Shown: piece after piece, positions 37,031-50,650 of the stretch
Position numbering within the stretch: position 1 is the first letter of the stretch
Layout of the letters: each line of letters starts with the position of its first letter
Assembly: GCA_951406725.2 (NCBI GenBank)
Contig: OX597817.1
Location: 120,156,001 to 120,220,000, forward strand
Origin: Octopus vulgaris
Lineage: Eukaryota
Reading direction: 5' to 3'
DNA: 64,000 nucleotides
Notes under the pieces: model-generated
Database searches by the model: none
What the model was told of the DNA's origin: nothing
The model's input: only the letters and a program-made list of their open reading frames with translations
Position numbers and translations under genes: made by a program

Positions 37031-39339
37031 ACATAGCAAAAACTGAAGCATAATAGAAGAATTTAGGAAAATATTTGCCTTACACAATGAGGATTTTAGA
37101 TACAACAAAAATACAGTGTTACACAGGAATTAAAATATTTGCAAATAAACAAAGAACTGAAGAGAAATACTTTTTTAAACCTCAAAAGAATAGGCAAAAT
37201 GAATGGTTGGAAAACAAATGTTTTCTTGGACAATAATTGTCATGATTCAAAAAGCAAACAAATAGGACTTCAAATACTGTCTTGGAAATTAATGAGAAAA
37301 AGCAGAGTCTGAAGAGATCACCTGGTGAATTCATTTTTTTCTACCATGAAGTCTCTAAGTTCCTTATATAATATGAGACCTGCATAGACAATAAAATTTA
37401 ATAAAAAAAGATCAAAACTTTCTTGTGTTGCACAGTTTAGACACAAACTGAGGATAGGCATCCTCTGCATTATGGAAGTGTTGTAAATCTTGCTGTAATT
37501 CTGTAATACAAAACAGATTTTCCCACTGAGTTTCTTGTTCATTGATTTCCATTTAACATAAGAGGGAAAATATGTTTCACATTGCAGAATTCCATAATAC
37601 ATGATTTTGAGGAATGCAATGTAAGGCATGCTTGCATTACATTACAGAATTATAAAAAAAATTTGGCATATATTGAAACCATAATCTTGCCAAGTTCTAT
37701 TAAATTTATACAGAAAAATAGGTGGCATATGAATGCGACAGTATGCAAATGACAGGTCCTGACATTTATAAGGAAAGTATAGAGTTGATAATATAAGTGA
37801 TGAATAAATGGAGTAGACACATTTTTTTTTCTCAAGATATCAAAGAAATTTTTCAAGTCAGAATGTTAAACAAGTTTAGATATCTTTAATATGAGTTGAT
37901 AAAAACGAAAACAATACACAATTAACACAGAAATGATATGAAAAAAAATGAATGAGATATACAAAAACATACAAAATAGATGTTTTAAAGCTAAAACTTT
38001 AATTTGCCCTTTTATAATCTGACTTTATATTAGATATATTTCAGTAGAAACTGATAATTGTGCCATACACAGAAAGGCCATTTCAAATTATATCATTAAC
38101 AGTGTTTTCCTGGTGTTTTCAGCATTCAGAATATCTCTAGTAATATCTAAAATGTTATGTACTTCTTCATTTAACTGAACCATTATTTTTCTACAAAGGG
38201 TTATATGCAAACCGAAATTTTTATAGATAAATCAAGATCTATAAAGTGAGCTGTAGCCATCAATTCAGTATTTCACTATATCCATTAAAAATGAACATTA
38301 AATTCAGACAGATTTACATTGACATATTTAAAGCATATATTTGGCACTGTTATGTTCTTTTCCTATTTCCAACAGCCATTTTAACATCTTATTTGAATTA
38401 AAGATTCTGGTTTTGCAGGAAACTAACAGAGCTTATTAATGGCCAGCACAAAGATAGCTGGCACCAATATAGACTGATCAAAATCGTTTCTCAATTCTAT
38501 ACTTGCTTGATTCAATAACTTAATCTAAAGATTTATCCTTTCAAGTTACGTCAATTGTACCCTAATGCTAAAAGAAACGAATAACTCTTTGTAGTGAATT
38601 ACTTTAGCATTGTCAATTTTGTAGGAATTGTAAATGGAAATAATGCACAGGTCATTGAACATAGACTACTGGACAGAAAACAAATAATAAAGTAAGATTA
38701 CATGATGTATTACTCAAAGATAAAAGGGAAAAAAAATAAAACAAAATAGAATAATATCATTCAGTGAAGTTAAATACAACTATCACATGATTTGAAGATT
38801 TACTCTTTCATAGAAGTTTTTCGATGCTTCCAAACAGTCTAATTAAAGAAGAGAAAATAAACTTTAAAAAATTTGTATTGATCAATACTGTAAAACCTTT
38901 TAAGGAATTTTATTGGCTTTAGCTTACCTCTTATTTCCATGGCAACAAATAAACTGATAATCAGTGTAACATAGTGGCACAATTGTTAAAAGGAGTTAGA
39001 ATCCCAAATCAAGCAAGCCAAAGCTAAACCTAGCTTGTCAGTTAATTTAGATAGTAATAAAATGAACAACTTGGAATTTTTGTAAAAGCATGGAAGTGAT
39101 TAGCTTTTAAAACATAAATGCCTCTTTATGTGATATAACTATTTTCCCTTCAGCATAATATTCTAAACTGTATTGTTTATTTCATTTTAGATATTTACAG
39201 TTGTGCCACAAAGTTTTGCCATATCTATGATCATACACAATGTTAAAAAACAACAACTACCTTTGTGTTTTCTCAATATGATTACCAAATAATAAAATAA
39301 AATATGTATCTACCTAAATACTATTGACTAAACAGTGTA

Positions 39340-39620
39340 CAATGGAGTGTAAGTGTTTCAAGAGAAAAGTTGTGTATAAGAAGCATCAAATGTAGTGTGC
39401 AAGGGAGGAGACTGTGCTGGTATGGTCATGTGATGCGTATGGATGAAGACAGCTGCATAAAGGAGTGCAGATCTCTAATTGTGGAGGGAACTTGTGGAAG
39501 AGGGAAACCCAGGAATATGTGAGACAATATAGGGAAATATGATCTTTGATTGCAGGGCCTCACAGAGATGTCAAGAATTCTGGCAATTTGCTGTGCTTGA
39601 AAAGACACATCAAGCTAAGT
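39340..39620 (+). mobile_element. RTE-clade LINE ORF2 3' remnant
   Basis: REKLCIRSIKCSVQGRRLCWYGHVMRMDEDSCIKECRSLIVEGTCGRGKPR in one frame. Confidence 0.85.
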
Positions 39621-40128
39621 GAAATCATGGCCACCCACACTTACATGAATATCCTTTTCAGCCATGACCAACCTCACAAACACATTACCTGACTTCTGTC
39701 CAAACTCTCAACAGACCTCTCCCTCTACATTCCCTCATGCACCTCACTTGCTGCAAGTTCCTCTACTCTCTCATGTGTCTATCCACACACTCCACATGCC
39801 TTCACATATCTTCCCAACCACTCCAATTTCCTTCACCATCACTTGCTACAGTCATGTCGTCCCCATATTTTAACATATCCCCTCACATTCTCATGAAACA
39901 TCCCTATTTATTCCCTCTGTACTACTTATACCCATCCCAACACATCCCTACACCATCTATTTCTCTTTCTCTCTTTCTTTCACTGTCCCCTAATTGTTAT
40001 ATATTTTTAGTATTGTTATCACTAGCGATATCAAGATATAACTTTGTATTTTGTATTTTATGTGTAGATGTATATATATATAGATGTACATGTAATATGT
40101 ACACATATATATACACATATATACATGC

Positions 40129-40169
40129 ACTAGCACTATGACCCGGCAAAGATGGGTCATAATGCTAGT
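40129..40169. repeat. 41-bp palindrome with CTAG at both ends (Helitron-terminus-like)
   Basis: ACTAGCACTATGACCC-ggcaaagat-GGGTCATAATGCTAGT; 15 of 16 arm positions complementary. Confidence 0.7.
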
Positions 40170-40210
40170 ATATATATATATATATATATATGTCTGTGTG
40201 TGTGTGTATG

Positions 40211-40256
<46 letters not shown>

Positions 40257-41633
40257 AAGAGCGAGAGCAGTTATGCAAATTCAATAGCAGAACAGTCAGT
40301 ATCATATCACTTTTACCATCATCTAAATTTTTTAATGAATCTTCCAATATAAAATTATTCCATACCTCTTGAGCTTTTCAATTCCTCCCTGAGGTCGAAT
40401 CTACTCAGGTGCGATCTCATTACTTCATTCCAAGACCTCATTAGCATAAAGTTACTTCAAGTACACTAATTCTTGCAACATTCATTTATATTTCCAATCT
40501 GCAGTAATACATTTCTCTGTATTTCCTGCAACTGAGTGTCTAACATTCAGCATGCTGTTTGAATAACTTAAGCTGAACCTGTCTCCTAAAATTGCACTGA
40601 ACATCAAACAACTTAGCTAAACTCACTCCTCACTAATCTTTGGAAATCCCCATGTATACAATCATGTTTCACTTTTTATAAAACACCAGCCTTCTAATAC
40701 ATATCATATGGATAAAGAAACAATGTCAAAAATCAGAGTCAGTAGTCAATTTCCTAAACCTATCTTAGCAAGTGAAAAAGTTAGTTACTATGATATAAAT
40801 AGCTTTACTATTAGAAACGTAACTGCTAATAAAATCCGCAAATATATGAGAAACTGCCTACTTAAATATTCCTCAATCTACTTGTAATAACTGTAAATAA
40901 TATTGTTTTATCATAACATTAATGGTTGAATTGCAAAAGATGCTGCAATCACTACTGGCTATTGTTGCTAAAAATACACTTGCAAACTATTACCAGTAGA
41001 TGCCAGTGAAACTTATTAAATTAACTTTAAATTGTCTTTAATCTTGAATATTCACACTTCAATTTAATCCACTAAAATTGCCATCAACATTATGGAACGC
41101 TAACTGGAAAATCCAATGTGATGTTGGCATCCACTGTGGCTTCAGACATCTTTAACTGTTTGGTTGTTTGTCTTTACAGGATATAAAGTTATATCAGAAG
41201 GAACTACCAACTTTAATTTGAGATTCTTAGCATATACTGCTTCCTTCAAACATTCTGAAATGATTTCTGCATGCATTACTTATGATGATGTAATCACTTT
41301 AAAAATGACTGGCTAATTATGTCATACTTGGAAACAATTGGCCGTAGAGTCTGTGGATGAATAAGATCTCTTCAGAAACTCACCTCAGACTGGAAGCTCA
41401 AAAGCATCAAGAATGAAATATATAGAGGTAAATATATGCAGGATTCATTCATAATCATAATAATTTCTGCATGTACAAACCAGATTACAAGAAAACAAAA
41501 CCCCAGCTCTGACTTTAGTTTCCTTTCAAGCTCTGACTTTGGAAACAGCTAAGAAAGATTTTCAGATCTTCTCATAGAAAATCATACTTAATTCAGACTT
41601 CTAAAAAGGCTTCTGTTTTGCATCTGTACTTCA

Positions 41634-41830
41634 ACATCATCACTTAATGTTCAACTTTCATGCTAGCACAGGTTAGATAGTTTAACAGGATTCAATATGT
41701 CCAAGGACTGCATCGTACTCCAGCGCCTGCTTTGACATGGTTACTTTGGCTTGGTGCTGCTTCCTAATGCTTTTCTTTTTTTCATGACACCAGCACTACT
41801 GAGCAGTCACCATGCAACTTTCAAGACTAA
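41634..41830 (-). mobile_element. SINE family B, old diverged copy
   Basis: catcatcacttaatgttcaactttcatgctagc..cttcctaatgc. Confidence 0.55.
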
Positions 41831-43731
41831 GATTCCATTCAACTGAGTGAGGTTACACTAGAGAGAGAAAGTCAACTTAAAGCTATGATATGAGAGGATA
41901 AGATTTGAAAGAAGGGGCCACAAGAAAACAGGTTTCTTGCTGCAGAGGAGCAACATGGTCACTCCCTTATAGAAGAGTAGGTGGTAGAATCCATGGTGAA
42001 CCTGGTCAATGGTGGTATTTCTACAAGTAAATTCTACATTATGATCATATCAAGTAATACTACTTGTTCCAAATTTAAGAAAAAGTTAGAATAGCTCTCT
42101 GTGACATTTGTAAAAAGGCTATCATTAGCCCAACCATTCACAATGCTTTTCTAAAAGGGCTTGTTGACATCAGTAATTAAAAACTTTTCACCACTTAATC
42201 AGCTGTGCATAACCTTAGGTTGCAGTTTAATGTCTCTAAAGACTTCAGCTAATTTGACTACACAAATGAAGAAAATTTGAGCTACTATTAAAGACAAGAG
42301 ATGACTGGTATAGATCAGAAAAATTTCCATGTATTACCTGACTGCTGAATAGAAATTATTCTCAGTTTTCTTTTAATTGAACAGGCAAACATTTTGTTAG
42401 TTAAATGTAAATTTAGTATCCCCACTACCAAACTTGGAACTTACCAAGACTGATTTGTTCAGATTTTATTTGTAATCAGTCACCAGATTTTAAATATGCA
42501 ATTACAAAATCTGTAAAATCTGAGGTCAAGTTAATACAATTAATGGCGAACAGTAAGCTCAAATACTGTATTATCAGGCCAAGTGGCTCAGTTTAATGAG
42601 TGCAAGTATATGTTCTTAACAGTGTTGCATGTTTCCAATGAATTATAGGAAATCTTGTTTATGAAAACAAGGGGAAGTTACATCTATTTAAATTATATCA
42701 CCATATGAGGTGAGACCAAAGAGGAACATAAAGGTTTATCTAAATAATTAAAAATTACTTGAAAATCTAATAACACTTAAAAATGATAAATGTAAATTTT
42801 CAACTAAAGCCATCAGTTTCTAGGTTATGAGATTAGTTTACATGAATTGTGGTCATAACTCTTAACAATTAACTCTACTTAAATGAATACTCATACTGAC
42901 AGGCAATTTCTAGCTATTAGAGACTCAGCTCCTTTAAGAAAGATCTCCAATGAAGCTAATGTAGGTGTGACAAAAATGTTTCACCCAAATAAATGCATCA
43001 AAACTACATTTTCTGGCATACAAATGGAATTTTTTCAGACAAAATTTACAGCAAAAAACCAAAAGAAGGTAGGTCAAATTACCAAAAAAAAAAGTTCCAT
43101 GTGAAATACAGCAGTATATGGAAATAAAGTGATGCTGTTTGAATGTTTACACTACAGGTTTATACTATGTCAACTTGTATGCTGGAAGATATATTTATAT
43201 GAACTGCTTTGACTTGTCTACCTTAAATCCTAATCCAGCATTGATATACAACATTAATAAAATACAACAAACTAAGAACTGTCTACAGATAGAATTAGTA
43301 CTAGGTTGTTTTCATATTATAAGACCTACTGAGGGATACAATTACACTTCAATTTTTTTATATTGCCTGATTACATTTAAAACATTGAAAGTAATATTGC
43401 TTTGATAATGATGTACATATATAGTTTATAATATGTAGTTTTCATGTACATATAATGTACATGGAGTGTATAGTATATATCAAAGAGAACTACATATGTA
43501 TAAATGAACATATATAACTTTATACTTTTACTGAATTGGGGGAATGCTATAATAGTTTTATGCAAATACTGTATTATAGAAAACCTCAGTTTATAATGAA
43601 GTATTTATTCAAGATGCTACAATTACTATCTGCTATCATTGTTATAAATACCCTTGTAAACTACTACCTCTACAACCTGCCAGTGGATGTCAGTAGAACT
43701 TTTAGTAGATTAAAGCCTACATAAATACTGA

Positions 43732-43938
43732 CTTCAAATTTTGGTGCAAGGCCAGCAATTTTGGAGGAAAGGATAAGTCAATTATATCAACCTTAGTATT
43801 CAACTGGTACTTATTTTACTGACCCCAAAAGGATGAAAGGCAAAGTCAACCTTGGTAGAATTGGAACTCAGAACACTAAGATTGATGAAATGCCACTAAA
43901 TATTTTGCCCAGCATATTGATGATTCTGCCAGCACCTT
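43732..43938 (-). mobile_element. SINE family A
   Basis: ttcaaattttggtgcaaggccagcaa..ctggtacttattttactgaccccaaaaggatgaaaggcaaagtcaacc. Confidence 0.85.
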
Positions 43939-45368
43939 GGGTTATTCACAATTCACTACTTAACATAGAATCCAAATCTCTCTTAACATGTATCATTCTT
44001 AAAATTAGAACTACATTTTAAAATAGTTAAGACAATATGACCCACAACAAAAAAGAACAGTCAGAGAAGTAAATGACAGACTATGAGTGAACATGCTATT
44101 AGCTACTCCAGTGCATCTAAATAATTACAAAAACAAAATATTCCAGGGTGTTTTTTATGCAACCATTTACTGCATGAAGTAATGCAACATTAAGTTTCTT
44201 CATACACTATAATCAGGATTACTTGATATAACTGAACATTGGTGGCCTTTTTGTTTTTAACAAGCTGCAGATATTCATAAAAAAATTATGGCCATATTTT
44301 TTTTATATAACAATAAAATGTATTCTCACAGCCCATGGAATATCATTTTTAGGCAAAATGACTAAAAGTTTCAAACCTTTCATTTGAGTTACTAAATTCC
44401 ATAATAAAACATAATTCACACTCCATTTTGTTGAAGTACTTCCTTGCTTCAATAGTTCTTTGTTTCCAATTTGAACTTGATATTATTATATACTTTAGCA
44501 TTCTGCAGTACACTACATTTATTCATGTTAGTGTACATTAGCTAATTAGCCATATTTTCTAGAAAAAAGTATTCAGAATGTTCTGTAAATGTTTTCACTT
44601 CTTGTTAGTTTCTTGCCCTTTATCATTCTTATTAACACAAAGCTTGAACTTTGCATGTAAATTTTACATTGATCTTGTTTGCTTTTTATATCTTTTATAG
44701 CATTTAACATGAAATGCTTCTCTTTTCAGTCAATTAGCTAAAATATATTATTAATGGATATTCTCTGGCAGAAAGTGATGAGAAATACAATTTGCAACTT
44801 CAATGCAATATCAAAATTAAAAATTACATAATAAAAGGAAATAGAGATATAAGGAATAAAAAGCAAAAAGTAATTCAATTAATCAAAAATGCGAAGTCTA
44901 TTTAGCCATAATTCCAAGGGAATAACCAATCAAAATCAACACCAATGTTTTAATCACACATACACATTTTATACAGTACTGAAAGGTAAAATAAAAATTA
45001 TCAAGATATCCAATATCTTTTACTGAGAAAGTATTCTCTCTTGCATAAGTTATATGACAAAGAAGTAAATGACACACAAATACAAAATTTTAAGTTTTAA
45101 AAAATGGCTGATAGACACTTCATTTTTATCTTTTCAGCCTCTTATGTCATTTTTAAATAATTACTTTTAGACAGTCACTGATGAGAATATTTTATCCAAA
45201 CAAATATGAAACAACAAATGTCAGTTGAAATTTTGAAAAATATTCTGTGACAATCCTGAAAAGTTAACACTTCCACTTTTGAAAAAGTATTTGGTAACAC
45301 TTTGAAAATTATGTGACTATATAAGAAATCTTCCTCACCACCATTATCATTATTGTTATTATTATCAA

Positions 45369-45597
45369 AGGGCAGCGAGCTGGCAGAATCGCTAGCATGC
45401 TAGGCAAAATGCTTAGCAGTATTTCAACTGACATTACGCTCTGAGTTCAAATGCTGCCAGGGTCAACTTTGCCTTTCATCCTTTCAGGGTTGATAAAATA
45501 AGTACCAGTTGGACACATGGGTTGATGTAATCAACTCATTCCTGCCCCCAAAATTGTTGCCCTTGTGGCAAAATTTAAACCATTATTATTATCATTA
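45369..45597 (+). mobile_element. SINE family A, near full length (followed by a degenerate second copy to about 45770)
   Basis: tRNA-like head (ggcagcgagctggcagaatc..gagttcaaatgc), gcctttcatcctttcagggttgataaaataagtaccag block, (ATT)n tail. Confidence 0.85.
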
Positions 45598-45774
45598 TAG
45601 AATATGACAAATGCCTTGTTGTATTTGTAATGGCCCCAAACATTCTAAGTTCAAACATTCTGAGTTGGCAAAAGTCAACTTTCCCCATACTTCCTTTCAG
45701 GTTCCATAAAGTACCAGTCAAATAATGGGATTGATAGTATCAACTTAATCTCTCTTCTCAAAATTACATACCTT

Positions 45775-46230
45775 ATCATCATCATCACAATCGTCGTTTA
45801 ACATCCACTTTCTGTGCTGGCATGGGTTGGACAGTTTGACTGAGTGCTGACAAGCCAGAAGGCTGCACCAGGCTCCAATCTGATCTGGCAAAGTTTCTAC
45901 AGGTGGATACCCTTCCTAACACCAACTACTCTGAGAGTATAGTGGGTGCTTTTTACATGCCACCAGCACGAGAGCCAGTCAGGTGGTTCTGACATCGACT
46001 ACGTTTGAATGGTGCTTTTTACATGCTACTGGCACAGGAGCCAGTCAGGCAGCACTGGCAACAACCACACTCAAATGGTGCCTTTTACATGCCACCAACA
46101 CAGGACCAGTCACGTGGCACTGGTATCAACCACGCTCGAATGGTGCTTTTTACATGCTACTGGCATGGGTGCCAATTAGGCAGTACTGGCATCGGCCACA
46201 AAAATGACTTCACTTGACTCAACAGGTCTT
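45775..46230 (-). mobile_element. SINE family B with four ~66-bp internal units
   Basis: Units start at 45945, 46011, 46077 and 46142; (CAT)n tail at 45775. Confidence 0.88.
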
Positions 46231-46499
46231 ATGCCTATAATTAAAAGCAACTATTACTATTTTTTAAAATGTTTTACTATTATTTTTATTCTAATAGTCA
46301 TACTTTCACAGCACAAATGAGTGCGTCACTATGAGCCTTTGGTACAATGCTGTATCTGATTTGCAATTTTCCTAATTTACTGGAAGCACATTATATAATA
46401 TATACATGTAGGGCCTAATAATTTTAGTTTGTCAGTGTTGTATAAATCCTGAGAGTTTGATTTTGTATTTATCTGCATCATGTTTCATCATTCAAAAAG

Positions 46500-46696
46500 C
46501 ACCTACTGGACAAAATGCTTAGTAGCATTTCATCTGTCTTTACAGCCTGATTTCAAATTCTACTGAGACTGACATTGCTTTTCATCCTTTCAGGGTTAAT
46601 AAAATAAATACCAGTCAAGTACTAAGGTCAATAAAATTGACTAACCCTCTCCCACAAAATTTCCTGCTTTGTGCCTAGAGTAGAAAAGATTATTAT
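46500..46696 (+). mobile_element. SINE family A, 5'-truncated
   Basis: caaaatgcttag..ttttcatcctttcagggttaataaaataaataccag. Confidence 0.75.
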
Positions 46697-46719
46697 TGTT
46701 GTTGTCATTGTTGTTGTCA

Positions 46720-46996
46720 ACCCAAAACATCAGTACAAAAGGCCTGTCAAGCCAAATGAGATCGTAGCTGTGACTAATGCAGGTGTCTGGTAAATGGCAC
46801 TTGTGCCAGTGGCACGTAAAAAGCACCCATTACACTCTTGGAGTGGTTAGCATCAGGAAGGACATCCAGCTGTGGAAACCATGCCAAATCAGATTGGAAC
46901 CTTGTACAACTTCCCAGATTACCAGTTTTCAGTCAAACTGTCCAACCCATGTTAGTAATGGCTAACAGACATTAATTGATGACGTTAATGATGATC
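46720..46996 (+). mobile_element. SINE family B
   Basis: gtggcacgtaaaaagcaccca..ggagtggttagcatcaggaaggacatccagctgt..(GAT)n tail. Confidence 0.8.
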
Positions 46997-49900
46997 ATGA
47001 GGATTATTTTGTTGGTAAACTACCACCTGATCATTTTGCTTTGTCCTAGAATATATATGGCCAGATTGAGCACCAGCTACTTTCACTTCACTTCTTGAAG
47101 GGAAATGGTTTCACTGAGACACCCTATACACAAAATCCCAAACCAAAGAAAAGTGCCTTCTCTCAGTTCTTGCCATCAAGCTGGAGCCACAAATTTAAAG
47201 TAGGCTCACTTAGCAACACTAATTTTTTCTCCCACTCTTCATTGTCAAATGTATTTCTTGTGAGCTTATATCACTTGTGCACAGCTTTATGTGGGAATAT
47301 CTGCAGTGTTTAATAGATATAGTTAACAAACTAGTATTATCTGTCAATATATTATCTTTGGGAGAATTGGGTACCTTCAAATCAGGTGTTGATTATTTCA
47401 CATTTATTATATTTTAAATTACATTTTCATTTTATTTGATGTTGCACTTTGTTTTTCACTCTCTTATTTCATTCATTTTACGTGTTTGCTAACTTCACGT
47501 TTGTATTTTTTGTTACCTTCCTATAGAGAGGGAGACATTTATTTTATTTATGCAGCTTAATTACATTAATTGTTCTTATTGTGCTTGCCTCTAAATGCCG
47601 AAGCATTTCAGGACTCACTTTGTAATTGTTCTTTATTTATCATATATTTATTTATTTTATCCATGTGCAAAATAGCAGAAATGTCCTTTTAATATCAGCT
47701 TTAAGGTATATTTTTGCCAAGGTATATCAGAGAAAGAAGTCCATGAGAAAGCTGATAAATCAGTGTATCCAAACAAAAGTACCTTCAAGCATTTATTTTG
47801 CCTGAGTTGACACAGATATTCCCTTGTCACTCTTGTTATTGGAAATGCACTGAAGCAGTGATTGGCAACCTGAAAATATCACTCCCAAAATACAAGATTT
47901 AAAATGAAAGTAAAAAAACGTGATGGATATATCTATTGATACATCAATAGCTAAATCTTGAGTGATCATCTAGCCTGCTTTAGGAAAACTACAGTAGTCT
48001 GTTTCTTTAAAATATTTGTAACATGTCCAGCACTTATCATTCGTTTGAGAGTGATAACATACAGAATAGTCAAAATAGCAGAATTCTGTTTCTTGACTTA
48101 TGATTTTCTGTCTTATAATAGTATTGAAGTTAAAATGAAATAAACAATACTTGCAGAAAATAACATATTTCTTTTTATTCTACTTACTACAAAAAGTAAT
48201 CAAACAAACCTTAAATAGAAATGCAGCAGATAATAGAGATAAGCAGTTTTTGATCTTAGCTAATCATCTGGTTGAGATATTTATCATACCAGACTTAACC
48301 CGGGGCAAGTTTTCTTAAACATTTTGCCTGAAAGAGACAGTTCTTATTGCAAAGCTGAGAGAAAAAGGTTAACTGAAGAAACAACTGACAGCTCTAACTT
48401 TTTCAAATCAGTTGAGTTTAAGGATCTTCAGCTGAGAAATTGAGTGGATACAGACACTGGATCTTGAGTGAAATGTAAAGAATGTATTTATTTGAAGGGG
48501 AATGATATTCTATAAATAGAAAATTCTAACTCGTCAAATAACACAGTTTAATAGTATGTAATATAAGCACGAAAGAAGGTAGAATTTTAAAATAAAAATT
48601 CTTTTTAATTCTTTGCAGTGTACCTAAATGTAACAATGAAACCAGTACAGACTTTCACATCTATAACTGTCAAACAAATGAAGTAGTTATGATAATGATG
48701 AAGATGTCATAAAACAAATTTGGAAAAAAAAAGAGCATTACTTGAATCTTGGGAAATTATCATTCCAACTTTAAGCAAGGTTATTCATAAGAGTTAACAG
48801 TTACAAAAAAATCAATAAATATAATTTCCACTTAGTTTTGTTTTTAATGAAACATTTCTTAAAGAAAAGTTGTTAGCCATTGATTTGCTTGTGTGAAAAT
48901 GTGTATATGGGGATCTAAGACAGGTTACATTCAAGTAGCATTTTCAAGACTAGTTGGCTAATTTCAATGTAAATGAAGTCAAGTTATTAACTACAAAATT
49001 ATCTCCCAGTAGTGTGATTTCTAATTATTGTATGTTCTAATTGCCTATTTACATTTGGTTGGCAATAGTAATTAGACAGAAAAGACCAAGCATTAAACAC
49101 ACTGGGAGTCATCCCACACAAAGCTTCTGCGCAATCAGCATCAAACAACATCATGATCAATAATTTGCTTCTCAAACAGTGAATAGCATACTATCAGATT
49201 CGTTTCATGAAAATTTACAATATCCCTGAAATATTCCTGGTATATTTGAGTTACTTTGTACTTTGTGTTCATTTCATGGTTTTTGTTTAAAATAGCATTT
49301 AAGAATTCTTAGTAAATTTATTAACATTTCTGTAACAAATTTATTCAGCCAACAGTTATTCTTTGTAAAATAATAATTTTATAATTTTGTTCAAAAAAAT
49401 TAGGTAATAACTCTGGCTAGTTCTGTCAAAATATAAGGAATGTTTAATAGAAAAAAGTATAAACATTAGTCACCAATAATTCCATTATGCAATAACATAT
49501 AAAATACAGAAGTGTATACACTAGCAGAGCATCTCTACATTCGTTCATCAAAATCATTACATTATTAATCTGGAGCATAAAAATAACTGTTATTTAAAAC
49601 TCCATCTTGAATTTACTAATAAACAGAAACTAAAGACAAAGACCTGAAGACATTAGTGGCAGTCTATGTTGGCAAACATCTTTTAGTGAATTTATGTAAT
49701 ATGAATACATTGTATCCAATGGAGGAAACAAAATTCTGAATGCTTTGATCAAAGCACTTCATCAAAAGAGAAAATTTCAAGGATTTACATCTCTTCATGG
49801 CACACAAATTCATTCCAATTTAGGAATTTTACTGATTAAAGTATTTGGTTTCATAATAAATTTGGATACAGTGATATAAATTGCAATATAACTAAACTAT

Positions 49901-50431
49901 CTCACCAATTGCAGCATTTCATTGATTATACAAATGCTATTTGACCAATCTAATGCAGAGAATACATGCTAAGCATATATTACAATAAGTATACATTTAA
50001 TTACAACTTTTATGAACTGTGATAGCTGATGAGAATTAATACAACATTAACACTACCTGACATGTAAAATAAGTTGCATAATTTTGAAGGCCTAATTTCT
50101 GGATGCAATGTAAATGATATCTGTTATGCTAAGTAGAATATGGGCTATAGTTTATAATGCAAAAACAAAGTAAGAAAATAAATATATACTTTTACTAAAA
50201 ATATTTTACTGCAGAACATCAAACCATGAAAGCATTTAAAACTAATTACCTAATAGCTATGCCATTGCATCCATATAACAATATAATATTAATTCTTCCT
50301 TTTACAAACTAATTTCATGCATTGGTGTACTGATATTTTAAAAATAAAACAGAACTTTAAATTTTTATTGTATCACCAACATGGCATTGGTGTGAAACGA
50401 TAGCTGATTACTTGAATGCAAAGGGATGAAA

Positions 50432-50650
50432 CATCATCATCATTTAGTTTCTGTAGTCTGTATTAGTATGGTTGGATAATTTAATAGGATCTGATGAGCC
50501 AGAGGACTGTTGGGTTCCAAAATCTGCTCTGGTATGGTTTCTATGGCTTGATGCCCTTTCTAATGCAATCACTGTACAGACTGTACCGAGTGCTTTTGTT
50601 CATGGCACCATTATTCATGTGATCACCAAGTAAATTGCAAGACAAGATTC
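50432..50650 (-). mobile_element. SINE family B, old diverged copy
   Basis: catcatcatcatttag..tggtttctatggcttgatgccctttctaatgc. Confidence 0.55.
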
